DNA of 64,000 nucleotides from Rebecca billardiae RCC1528 (lineage: Eukaryota > Protista > Haptophyta), in the NCBI GenBank assembly GCA_965240325.2, contig OZ251231.1, positions 310,001-374,000 on the forward strand, written 5' to 3'. The notes beneath the pieces were generated by a model. It worked only from the letters and a program-made list of their open reading frames with translations, was not told the DNA's origin and searched no databases. Shown in pieces: positions 11,540 through 21,660 of this stretch. Position numbers and translations under genes: made by a program. The stretch's first letter is position 1. Each line of letters begins with the position of its first letter.

Positions 11540-11870
11540 GCCATGATACCCTTGGCAAAAGTACCTGGTAACCGTGTCTGTGTCCATGACGCACGGCGCA
11601 GAGCGGAGCAGACCGGAGCCAGAGGCACGGGCCACGACGGAGCGCGTCCGAGGCTCGTTCACCTGTCAGGCCACCGCAGTCGTCATTGTCAGTCGAAGTG
11701 CTGCTGAAGCTGTCGATCACACTGTCACTGTCGATCGGTGACCAAGTTGAAAGTGGCAACTGGTGGCAACTGGCAAGTGACGCACCGGACAAGCCCCGGA
11801 TCATTCTGATTGAGAAATCGCGGTGGAGCCTTTCGCGCGCCCGCTCATCCGCCGCCGCCCTGCCGGGCCG

Positions 11871-13790
11871 ATGAGCGCGGGCGACGCGTCCCCCGCGCAC
11901 GCCGACGCGGACGCGGTCGAGCCGGACAGGCAGCCTTTTGCCGCGCACGCCGAGCGATCCGACGGCGCGCCCACGCTCGGCCTGCCCCAGCGCCGCCGCC
12001 GCCGCGGCGTCAGCCTGTGCGCGCCAATCCCGCCGCTGCTGCGGCCGCTCGCGCTCTCGCTCGTGCTCGCGCTCGTGCTGCTGCTCGCCGGCGCGGTCTC
12101 GCCCGACGGCTCGTTCGCGCGCACGGCGGTCTTCGACTGCTTCGGCGCGTGGACGTGGACCTACGTCATCTGCCTGCCCACGTTTGCGGCGCACCTCGCG
12201 CGCATACTCGTCGCCGGGCTCGCGCGGTTGCGCGTGCGCTTCTGCCCGCCGCGCGGCCTCGCGCTCGGCGAGCCCGCCGCGGCGCCGCCGCCGCGCGCGC
12301 GCGTGGCGAGCGCGGCCGAGGCGGTCGAGGGGCTCGGCGAGATGCAGCTCTTCGGCTGGCTCCCCGTCGGCGACGCACTGCTGGCGCTCCTCACGTGGAC
12401 GGTGATGGGCACGGCGAGCGCGGTCGGCTTCGGCACGCGCACGCTGCCGCGCGCCGAGCTGTCGGCGCGGCCGCTGCCGGCGGCGTCGGAGCTGGTGTTC
12501 CCCAAGGCGTTCCTCTGGGGCGCGGCGACCGCGGCGTACCAGATCGAGGGCAACCTCACCAACACGCAGTGGTACGCGTTCGAGCGCGAGTTTGTGCGGC
12601 CCGACGGCTCGGCGGCCATCGAGAACGGCGACAGGTGCGGCCTGGCGGACGACTCGTGGGAGCGGTTCGACGTGGACTTGGGGTGCATGACGGGGCTGGG
12701 GCTCAGCGCGTACCGCTTCTCCGTCGAGTGGTCCCGCGTCGAGCCCGAGCGCGGCGTCTTCGACAGCGCCGCGCTCGAGCGGTACGTCTCGTGGGCGACG
12801 CAGCTGCGAGCGGCCGGCATCGAGCCTCTCGTCACGCTGCACCACTTTACAGAGCCGCTGTGGCTGACGGCGGAGGGCGGGCTGCTCGCGCCGAGCGCGG
12901 CGGACGACTTCGCCGCGTTCGTCGAGGTGGTCGCCGCCGCGCTCGCCCCCCTCGTCGACGTGTGGGTCACGATCAACGAGCCAATGGTGGTGACCACCCT
13001 AGGCTGGGTGACGGGCGAGTTCCCGCCGGCCGGCCAGGGGGACCTTGGCGGGATGTACCGCGCGCTGATGACGATGGTGGAGATGCACCGCGCGGCGCAC
13101 GCGGTGCTGAAGCGCGTGGACACGCTCGCCGCGCCGGGCGGGCGCGGCGAGCCGTGCGAGGTCGGCATCGCCAAGAGCGCCGTCCTCTTCGAGCCCGCCT
13201 CCGCGTGGCATCCGATCGAAGCGCTCGCGGCGGGCGCGGCCGAGGGGTGGTACAACCTGTGGCCGCTGCGCCAGCTGCAGCGCGCGCGCGAGGAGGGGCG
13301 GGACGGGCGGGCGGGGCGGCTGCGCCCGCGCGGCACCGGCCTCGACTACGTCGGCATCAACCACTACTTCAACCAGCGCATCAGCCGGTGGGGCGGGTAC
13401 GGCGGCCATGTGCCCGGGTACGCCACCTCGGACATGGGCTGGTCGCTCGACCCGGCGTCGCTCTACGAGACGCTCGTGCAGTACGGCCGATGGGCGCCGG
13501 GGGTGCCGATGGTGGTGACCGAGCACGGCGTGGCGGACGACCAGGCGCCGGACACCCGGCGCGTCGACTTCCTCGCGCGCTCGCTCGACGGGCTGCGGCT
13601 GGCGGTCGTGCAGCGCGGCCTGCCCGTGCGCGGGTACATGCACTGGTCGCTGCTCGACAACTTTGAGTGGGCCAAGGGGTTTGGCATGCGCTTCGGGCTG
13701 TTCGGCGTCGACTACGAGACGTTCGAGCGCTCGTGGACGCACGGCGGGCGGCTGTACAAGGAGGTGATCGACGCGAACCGCCAGGCCTAG
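11871..13790 (+). CDS. Glycoside hydrolase family 1 beta-glucosidase with a hydrophobic N-terminal extension
   Basis: FPKAFLWGAATAAYQIEG, YRFSVEWSRVEP, VTLHHF, TINEP (acid/base), VVTEHG (nucleophile), WSLLDNFEWAKGFGMRFGL. Confidence 0.95.
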   Translation: MSAGDASPAHADADAVEPDRQPFAAHAERSDGAPTLGLPQRRRRRGVSLCAPIPPLLRPLALSLVLALVLLLAGAVSPDGSFARTAVFDCFGAWTWTYVICLPTFAAHLARILVAGLARLRVRFCPPRGLALGEPAAAPPPRARVASAAEAVEGLGEMQLFGWLPVGDALLALLTWTVMGTASAVGFGTRTLPRAELSARPLPAASELVFPKAFLWGAATAAYQIEGNLTNTQWYAFEREFVRPDGSAAIENGDRCGLADDSWERFDVDLGCMTGLGLSAYRFSVEWSRVEPERGVFDSAALERYVSWATQLRAAGIEPLVTLHHFTEPLWLTAEGGLLAPSAADDFAAFVEVVAAALAPLVDVWVTINEPMVVTTLGWVTGEFPPAGQGDLGGMYRALMTMVEMHRAAHAVLKRVDTLAAPGGRGEPCEVGIAKSAVLFEPASAWHPIEALAAGAAEGWYNLWPLRQLQRAREEGRDGRAGRLRPRGTGLDYVGINHYFNQRISRWGGYGGHVPGYATSDMGWSLDPASLYETLVQYGRWAPGVPMVVTEHGVADDQAPDTRRVDFLARSLDGLRLAVVQRGLPVRGYMHWSLLDNFEWAKGFGMRFGLFGVDYETFERSWTHGGRLYKEVIDANRQA

Positions 13791-14581
13791 CAGCGCAGCG
13801 CGGCGCGATCCTAGGTTGGCGGCCGTGTCGGACTGGCCAGCTACCTGGGCCGGCGGCCGGGCGGCGGCTCATAGGACGTATCGTCCATCGTCATCGTGGC
13901 GTCGTCGGCGCCCGCCTACAGTACGGTATCGTCCGACGACGAAGACGACGATAATGACGACGCGACGATGATGATCGACGATAATTAAGTCATTCGAGCT
14001 CTAGCCAGCCGTCGTAGCCGTAATCATGCGCAGTGTCATGCGCGGACCGATACTCATCCGCTGCCCCTCGCCACTGACTACTCTGAGTCACTGTCTCAGT
14101 CTGAGCAGTGTGAGTTGAGAGTGTCTGAGTGATAGCGTGGACTCGTCAGTGGTCACTGGTCACGACTCTCAACTCACGAGACAAGCCGGCCAGGGGCTGT
14201 TGGCCGTTTGGGCAGGCTCAGTCGCTCAGACGCGATCAGCGCCGCATGCCGGTTTGCGTGCGACCGCGCCCGATGAGGCCGGAGAGGCCCTCGGCCGCGC
14301 GCTCGGTAGGCGGCGGGCCCAATGGCCAGACCGGTGCCCCATCCGCGGCGCCCCCGCGCGGCGCAGGCGGGTCACCGGCCATCACCGGCGCGCGCGGGGA
14401 AGCTCGCGTGGTCGGACTGGGCACGCCCGAGCCGCGAGGCGCCGCGCCCTTCTTGGGCCGCCGCGGAGCTTGCCGGGTCCAAGCGCGGCTTGCCGGGTTG
14501 AAGCTTGCCGCTTCAGCCCGGCGTGCAGTGGGCCGCTCCGACCCGGCAAGCCCCGAGCCCGCTCCTGGCTGCCCGCCCAGG

Positions 14582-16579
14582 ATGCGGTGGACCGCGGCTT
14601 CGAGGCGGTGCGCGCGAGGGCGACCGCCTCGCCTCCTGCTCGTCACCCAGCTGCTCGCCGTGGCCAGCGGTGGCGCGCACTCCGCCTGGGTGTCACCGCA
14701 GGGTGGCCAGCTACGCGTGGCGGTGAGCGAGCTCTTCCGCGACATCTTCAACAACAGCCATTCGCTCACGGCGTGCAAGCCCAACACGGCCGCCGCGCCT
14801 TGGCTTGCGTGGCCCGCGTTGGCGGGGACGTGGCACTCGAACGCCCCGGCGGAGCCTGCGCGGGGCGGCCCGCGAATCAAGACGCACCTGCCCCCCCTGC
14901 GCGCGCTCAACGCCACGATCCTCGCGGCCGCGCACCTGTTCGACCCGGCGCGCCAGGTGTGCGTGGGCGACGCTGCAAACTCATTCTGCGTGCAGGGCGT
15001 GTTTCCGCCGCTGCCGTCCGACGGCTTCGCATTCGACCAGTACGCGCACGAGCACCACGTGCTCTCGCGCTGGCTGCAGCGCTCCGGCCTCATCTGCGGC
15101 GCCGGCGCGCGCAGCCTCGCCGAGCTGCGCGCGCGCGCCTCCTCCGAGCGCGCGTGGTGCGACGCGCACGTCGTGCTGGCGCCCTCGCTCGCCTTCCACC
15201 TGCAGACGATCCGCGGCCAGGACGTGTTCGGGGAGATGCGGAACTGCTTCACCCGCCGGACCGTCGCCGCGTACTGGCGCGGCATGCACGACCTGTACTA
15301 CCGCACGCCCCTCGCGCGCGGCGGCCACCGGCTGGTGGCTGTGGTCGAGCCGTACTCGTGGAACGGCCCGCCGCAGCTGCGCAACCTGCAGACGATGGCG
15401 CGGCTGCCCGATGGGATGCGCGCGCGGCTGGTGGTTGGGACGAGCATGAGCTCGATGGCGCTGCTCGACGCCGAGGACCTTGACCCGCTCGGCCGCGCCG
15501 GCTGGCGCGACGGCGCGGAGGAGGAGCTCGAGCGGCGCGAGGCGCTGCTCGCGCACGCGGACGCGCGCGGCGCCGAGCTGCTCGCCTTCTGCGGCGGCCC
15601 TCTTTTCGTCACGCTGCCGATGACGGCGGGCGTGGCGCACGCGGTGGACTGGGCGGCGCGAGCGGGCGCCGTCGAGGCGGCGCCCGCGCCCCGGCCGATC
15701 GCGCTCCTCTACGACGCCAGCGCGACGCGCATTGGCAAGGACCGCCTCGTGGGCAAGCAGTACGTGCGGCCACTGCTCGAGCGCGCGATGCGGCGCAGCG
15801 CGGCCGCCGCCAACTGCCCAGACGACGGCGGAGCGAGGGCGGGCGCGCTCGTGGCGTGCGCTCGGACGGGCGCGCGTGCGTGCTGCGCGCACCGTCGCCC
15901 GATGTATGCGGCGCTCACGCACGCCATTCTCGCAGTCGAGCCGCCAGGCGACGTGCTGGGCCGCTCGCACGCGTACGCGGCTGCGCTCGCGGGCGCGCTG
16001 CCCGTGCTGATCGAGGGCGGGCACCGCGCGTACAACGAGTCGGAGCCGACGTGGTGGGCGTGGCGTGCGGCCCGCCGGGGGCACGGTGTGCGCACGCCGC
16101 GGGCGGGCGGCCCTGCCACGCTCAGCCTCGACTACTCGCGCTTCAGCGTGCTGCTACCCGCCGCCGAGGTCGCCGCGGACGAATCGGGCGCGTGGGTGCG
16201 CGCCTTGCTCGCGCTCGCCGCGGACGCGCCGCGGCTCGCGAGCATGCGCGCCGAGCTGCAGCGCGCGGCGCCCTTCTTCGCGTACCTGCCGCACGGCTGC
16301 GCCGCCAACGATGCCACGAACAGCACCACGGGCTTCGGCCCCATCTGCGATGCCGTCTCCGCGTTCGATGCGGTCGTCGCGCGCGCGTGGGCAGCGAGCG
16401 CGCGGCTCGCCGCGCCCGGGCCAGAGAGTGATGAGATTCTTCGACCCGACGAGAGCTTCTGGAAGAGACTCAGCATCAGCGGAGCTCGTCCTCGCCGCCC
16501 GGGAGTCCTCCTCGCCCGGCAGAAGTGCGTGGACCAGCGGATGCTGTACGGCGCGCGCGCGCGGGCGACTAGGCGCTGA
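14582..16579 (+). CDS. Exostosin (GT47)-like glycosyltransferase, probably a type II membrane protein
   Basis: Hydrophobic anchor LLLVTQLLAVASG; DQYAHEH; RPIALLY; ILAVEPPGDVLGRSHAYAAALAGALPVLI and LDYSRFSVLL match the GT47 C-terminal pattern. The start codon is uncertain. Confidence 0.7.
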   Translation: MRWTAASRRCARGRPPRLLLVTQLLAVASGGAHSAWVSPQGGQLRVAVSELFRDIFNNSHSLTACKPNTAAAPWLAWPALAGTWHSNAPAEPARGGPRIKTHLPPLRALNATILAAAHLFDPARQVCVGDAANSFCVQGVFPPLPSDGFAFDQYAHEHHVLSRWLQRSGLICGAGARSLAELRARASSERAWCDAHVVLAPSLAFHLQTIRGQDVFGEMRNCFTRRTVAAYWRGMHDLYYRTPLARGGHRLVAVVEPYSWNGPPQLRNLQTMARLPDGMRARLVVGTSMSSMALLDAEDLDPLGRAGWRDGAEEELERREALLAHADARGAELLAFCGGPLFVTLPMTAGVAHAVDWAARAGAVEAAPAPRPIALLYDASATRIGKDRLVGKQYVRPLLERAMRRSAAAANCPDDGGARAGALVACARTGARACCAHRRPMYAALTHAILAVEPPGDVLGRSHAYAAALAGALPVLIEGGHRAYNESEPTWWAWRAARRGHGVRTPRAGGPATLSLDYSRFSVLLPAAEVAADESGAWVRALLALAADAPRLASMRAELQRAAPFFAYLPHGCAANDATNSTTGFGPICDAVSAFDAVVARAWAASARLAAPGPESDEILRPDESFWKRLSISGARPRRPGVLLARQKCVDQRMLYGARARATRR

Positions 16580-17217
16580 CTCGCGCGGAGCAGTGTACAG
16601 TTATTTACTATATACATGTTTTAACGTGCACACTTGGTTAAGGCGTGATTGACGCCATATCCAACACTGCACAAAGACACCGCCACAAAACAGACCGGCG
16701 CAGGCAGGCGAGGGGCGCGTTGCCGCACCTCATCGAGGCGGCCATTGCAGCAAGCGCCAGCGGCCGCCCCGCGCTCGGAGGCACGGACGCACGATCACAC
16801 GACAATTCTCTCTACTGACACTGCTATATCTATAGATGAACTCACTTTGTAGTCGCGTCAATTAATACGACTAATTCTATGATTTAAAGACACGCTTGTG
16901 ATCATCGTAGTCGTGCAATATTATAAGTCGTCGCGCCCTGCGGGTATTTTATTAGCCACGGGCGTCAATCTCGCTGTGTGCGTCTTTTGACGGGTGACAT
17001 ATCCTCATCTAAATGCGGGTACGCGTCTACCCGTCATCAAGCGCAGATGACAATCTAATACTAGTATGATAATAACTATAATCATATGAGTTCCCTGCTT
17101 CCCGAAAGGCCGAAACCCAAGGGTGGTCGCTTATCATAGAAGCCCACTGGGCGGGCGGGCAACCCCTGCCCATCGCTGGACACAGTAACCGCGTGGGGGT
17201 CCAACACCGAAGACCCG

Positions 17218-18778
17218 ATGCGGGCGGCGCTGTTGGCAATCCTCGCGGCCTCTGCCCATGCAGAGCAGCCGGCCGACGCAGCCCTGCCCCGCGCAGAGCC
17301 TCGGTGCGTGCCGCCCTTCCCTGCGCGGCCGTGCGCAATCTCTGCTGCTGCTCGCGCTCAGCGCTCGCGCTCAGCGGATCCGAGTCAGCCTTCGTGCAGC
17401 GCTGCGCTCACCAACCTCCCCTCCACCCTCGCGCGGCGCCACGCTGACTGGCATGCAGACCCGATGAGAAGGCACCGGCCGGCCGACGTTCTCTCCTCGA
17501 TGCCACTCTTCCGAGCGGGACCAACAATCCGCCATACTCGGGGACCGAGGAGAGCGATACCCTCGTCGGTGGTGACGGCGAACAAAGTCCATGTGACGGG
17601 TCTGGATGTGCGACCCCTGGCGCGTCCGCGATAAACATTCTGTACGGCCTGGGCGGGGACGACGTCCTCATGGGTGGCGACTCGGGATTGCCGGGCTGGT
17701 GGGGTATTTACGGCGCCGGTGGCTCAGTGAAGAACACCCTGCACGGCGGAGCCGGTGCCGACAAGCTGTACGGCGGAGAGCTTGCGGACGACGAAGGCAC
17801 CGTCGGCGGCGTCTTGAACCGACTGTATGGTGCGCGCACGCTCAGCCACGCTGCGTCCAACCTCCCAACCACCCTGCCCTTGAGGGCGCTGCTTGCGAGC
17901 TCGCCCATCACGCACGTGATGATAACAAGCATGATGATGCTGATGAGGTGCCCTGCTGGCTGGCTGCTACGCCCTGCCCGCACTCCCGTGACCCATAGGC
18001 GACGAGGGCGATGACATTCTCCATGAAGGCACAGCACGAGGTTCCATGACGTATCTGAACGACTACCTTACAGGTGGGCGAAGCGGGGCGGGGCTGTCCC
18101 CAGCGTTGCGTACTAGTCAACAGCGGGGATGACCCTTCTCGAGCCGCGCCACTCACTCACTCACTCACCCTTGCTTGGCTGCACCACGGGCCCTACTGGC
18201 TGCTGCGCGCAGGTGGGCCCGGCCAGGACGTGTTTTTCGCCAACAAACCGAGCGCACCTGGAACCGAGCCAAATACCCACTATACGTTTATCTACGCCGT
18301 CGACGGTGAGGTTGACAAGATCTATGCCGACGATGGCGAATACGACAGAATTGAAGCTGACCCTGGGGATCTCGTGTATGCCGGCGAGGAGGACGTGGTC
18401 ATTCGGGCGACGCCGACGCCTTCACCCACCCCCGAGCCCTCGCCGACTCCTGAGCCGTCGCCCACGCCCGAGCCGTCGCCCACGCCCGAGCCGTCGCCCA
18501 CCCCCGAGCCCTCGCCGACTCCCGAGCCGTCGCCCACGCCCGAGCCTTCACCTACGCCCGAGCCGTCGCCCACGCCCGAGCCTTCACCTACGCCCGCACC
18601 AGAGGCCACGCCCACGCCGAATCCCGGAGGCGTCACTTGCCCCACGGGTTGCGTGCTGAGCCGTCGTGGGCGGCAGCGGCGGCGGATGTTGGAGAGCAGC
18701 GCCCACTCGCTGCTCTTTGCGGCTTTTCACATCAAGCATAACAAGCATTGCCCCGCCGGTTGTGTCCCAGCCCGCTGA
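17218..18778 (+). CDS. Secreted protein with RTX/haemolysin-type Ca-binding repeats, (PTPEPS)n stalk and CPxGC-RR-CPxGC tail; 4 exons (17218-17303, 17459-17829, 17999-18073, 18213-18778)
   Basis: Signal peptide [15 protein letters not shown]; three phase-compatible GT-AG introns. The spliced product contains [49 protein letters not shown] and [10 protein letters not shown]. Confidence 0.8.
18407..18597 (+). repeat. 18-bp coding tandem repeat (PTPEPS)n, about 9 units
   Basis: cccacgcccgagccgtcg-type units. Confidence 0.9.
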
Positions 18779-19252
18779 TCACTCAGCGCGCCCTCGCGCG
18801 CCCCCGGCCGCCGCCGGGCGCGCGCTGAGACACTCCGCACCATGACCATGCGGCGCGAGCTGGCCGCTGGGCCGATGTGCTGCCTGCGTCGCCGCTGGCC
18901 AAGATGCTCATCGCCCCGGCGCGCCGGCATCACCGCATGGCGCACGTGCGCCCGGGGGCACGGCGCCCGCGGGGTGCTGCGCACGACGACTTAGACTTTA
19001 TTGGCGAGACGACGGCTGACGACGACGACGCGTGGCACCGCGAATGATCGACCGCGATCACCGCGGTGGCGAGGCGCGTCGGGCCGTGACCGCTGGCGGC
19101 GATGGTCACTATGGAGAATAATGATATGCTGATCAGGACTTCGCGCGGAGTCCGTTGAGGTCGCCGAGGACGGCGGAGGAGTCCGCACGGTCCGCGCAGG
19201 CGCTGAGCTAAGTAATAACGGATCGTGATACATTCATCAGCGCAGCGCGAAT

Positions 19253-21547
19253 TCAGCGCCGGCCATGGCCGCCGTCCCAGTGAGCATCAGCAGCATTGCT
19301 GCTGCCGACGCTGGCAGCATCGTCGTCGTCATGCTGATCGTGATCGTCCTCGCCCTCGTCCTCGGACGACCACACCGCGGTGCACGCAAACGGCGTCGCC
19401 GTGGTAGCAGTGGCCCCTCGGCTCCACGCGAGCTCTCGGCGGGTCCTCCGCGGCATCGCACCGCCTGCGCGCGCTGCTGCCGTTGCCACCGGCGCCGTCT
19501 GCGCCGCGTCGCCGTCGTGCTCTCGCGGCTGCAGCGCGCCCTCGTCCCCCTCGCCGCCGCCGCCGCCCGCGTCTGCGGCGGGCGCGCTCGGCCCATCCGG
19601 CGCTGCTGCCTGTGGCCGGCAGACCAGCCGCCCGCCGCTGCAGTGCGCGAATGATCGGCTGGGCCCGCGTGGGTGGCGCGTGGGCGAGCGGCGCTCGTGC
19701 CCCTTGCTCGACGTGAGGGCTTGGCGTGGCCGGCGAGCGGCGAGCGCGCGCACAGACGCACCGTCGCTGCCCCCACGCGCGCCCGCCCGCTCGGCAGGCG
19801 GCGCGGCGCACGCGTACGATGTGTGGGCGATGAGCCACTCGCGCGAGCACAGCTGCGCCACAGCCTGCGGCACGGTGAGCGCGGGCGCGTGCACGGCCAG
19901 CGGCGCGCACCGCCCAGCGCACGGCCCACGCCCCGCGCTGCGGCAGCGCTGCGGCAGCGCGGGCGCGCGCGCCGCGGCCGTGTGGTTGGCAGTCGGCAGT
20001 GGGCGGAGGAGGGCGCGCCGCTCGCCAGGCTCGGCACGGGCGCCGTCGCCGCGCTCGCGCTCGGCACCAGCGCCCCCGCCCCAAGCGCCGACCAAACTCG
20101 CTCGGCTGCCGCCTCCGCCGCCCCACCCGGCGCCACTCCCGGACCTGAGGGCACAGCCGGACTCGTCGAGCTCGAGCCCGCCCTGGCTGACGGCGGTGAG
20201 CGTGCGGCCCATGCCAGCGGGCAACGGCACGAACACGTCTGCGCAGTAGAGCGCCGGCGCGATGCCGCGCGCGAGGGCGCTGTGCGAGAAGCGCGCGAAC
20301 GTGAGCGAGTGCGGCAGCGCCGCCGCCGGCTCGAGCGCGCCGCCGCCCCGCGCCGCGCCGTGCGCCGCCGCCGCGCGCGCGCTGCCCGCTCTCACCGCGG
20401 CAAGCAGCCGCTCTGCCAGACCGGTCTGAAGGCCGAGCGCGTCGCCGTCGACGAGCGCGTTGGTGTTGAAGCGCAGCCCCGGGTCGATGAGGTAGGCGAG
20501 CCCGTCATCCGCGCTGATCATGTAGTCCACCGCCCACACGCCGCTCACGCCGAGCGCGCCCACCAGCGTCGCCGCCTGCTGCAGCGCGTCCGCGTGAGTC
20601 ACGCTCGTCTGAACGAGCGGCGCCGAGTGTCTGCCGCTCAGCTGCAGCACGCTGATGCGGACGAAGGAGCCGAGGACGACGCCGTCGAGCGAGACGCCGA
20701 GCACCGCGACCAGGTGGCCGCGCACGCTCCCCTGCACCATCCCCTCCGCGCCGCGCAGCTTGCCCAGCGCCGAGCGCACGCACGCCGCGCTGTCACACCG
20801 GCGCACGCCGCGCCCGCCGCCATCGACGTCCGACTTGACGTACACGGGCGCGTGGCGCGCGGCGTAGCTGGCGATGGCGTCGGGGAGGCCGGCGGGCGGC
20901 ACGTGCACGGTGAACGGCATGCGCGCGCCCGCGCGCTGCGCGAGCACCAGCGTGCCGATCTTGCGCAGCGCGCGCGTCGAGTTGGTCTCGGGGTCGACGG
21001 CGCGCGTCGGCCGCGGCAGCGAGCAGCGGAGCCGGAGCGCGGCGTCGCGCGAGGCGGCGGAGGCGGGCTCGCGCTCGAGGGCGCGCCGCGTCTGGTCGAG
21101 GAGCTGGAGCGTGCTCAGCGCCGGGCTCACCACCAGCGCCGGCTTGAACCGGCCGATCTCCTCCGCGAGAGCCTCGTGGCTCGGCTGGGCGCGGAGATAG
21201 GTCAGGTAGGAGAGCGCGCGGGCGCCGTCGCGCTCGGCGACGATGGCGCGCGGCTTGGAGCGGGCGTGCGCGGGCGAGTAGTGGGTCCTGCTGCTGCCCC
21301 ACATCACGAACCCCACCTCCCAACCCGCGCGGTGCAGCGCGCCCGCGTGCACGGTGTCCACGACGCCCGAGGCGCTCAGCGGCATCACGATCAGCAGCTT
21401 GCGGCTGCCCGCGCGCATGCGCGCGCACGCGTCGAGGTCGTCGGTGGCGCGCGCGCCGCCGAGCGCCAGGGCGACGGCGCAGACGACGGGCCCGAGCGCG
21501 GCGCCGCGCCACCGGGGCCGCTGCTCGCCAGTGCGCGCTCGAAGCAT
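19253..21547 (-). CDS. Signal-peptide-bearing ATP-grasp-fold protein with Cys-rich C-terminal domain (paralogue 1)
   Basis: Hydrophobic VVCAVALALGGARA; LHRAGWEVG; LRKIGTLVLAQRAG; PVYVKSDVDGGGRGVRRC; MVQGSVRG; GVWAVDYMI..DGLAYLIDPGLRF. Clearly homologous to 59023-60945 and 61143-63029. Confidence 0.8.
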   Translation of the reverse strand: MLRARTGEQRPRWRGAALGPVVCAVALALGGARATDDLDACARMRAGSRKLLIVMPLSASGVVDTVHAGALHRAGWEVGFVMWGSSRTHYSPAHARSKPRAIVAERDGARALSYLTYLRAQPSHEALAEEIGRFKPALVVSPALSTLQLLDQTRRALEREPASAASRDAALRLRCSLPRPTRAVDPETNSTRALRKIGTLVLAQRAGARMPFTVHVPPAGLPDAIASYAARHAPVYVKSDVDGGGRGVRRCDSAACVRSALGKLRGAEGMVQGSVRGHLVAVLGVSLDGVVLGSFVRISVLQLSGRHSAPLVQTSVTHADALQQAATLVGALGVSGVWAVDYMISADDGLAYLIDPGLRFNTNALVDGDALGLQTGLAERLLAAVRAGSARAAAAHGAARGGGALEPAAALPHSLTFARFSHSALARGIAPALYCADVFVPLPAGMGRTLTAVSQGGLELDESGCALRSGSGAGWGGGGGSRASLVGAWGGGAGAERERGDGARAEPGERRALLRPLPTANHTAAARAPALPQRCRSAGRGPCAGRCAPLAVHAPALTVPQAVAQLCSREWLIAHTSYACAAPPAERAGARGGSDGASVRALAARRPRQALTSSKGHERRSPTRHPRGPSRSFAHCSGGRLVCRPQAAAPDGPSAPAADAGGGGGEGDEGALQPREHDGDAAQTAPVATAAARAGGAMPRRTRRELAWSRGATATTATPFACTAVWSSEDEGEDDHDQHDDDDAASVGSSNAADAHWDGGHGRR

Positions 21548-21660
21548 GCCCCGCGACCGTCGTCCTGATGAGACGTCCCCCGGCCGGGCCGGGCCCCCCC
21601 GCCAGCAATGGCCGCCCTTGCGGGTCGGTTCAAGTTTGAGATGTGAGATCACTCATCAGC

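Noticed and set aside
9554-11662. N-terminal ~700 aa of the 1188-aa ORF 8096..11662
   Set aside because: Mostly antisense to MtnK and open only because of high GC; the dioxygenase more plausibly starts at ATG 9553.
16860-16882. TAATACGACT resembling a T7 promoter
   Set aside because: Only the first 10 nt match, within an AT-rich intergenic stretch; there is no vector context.
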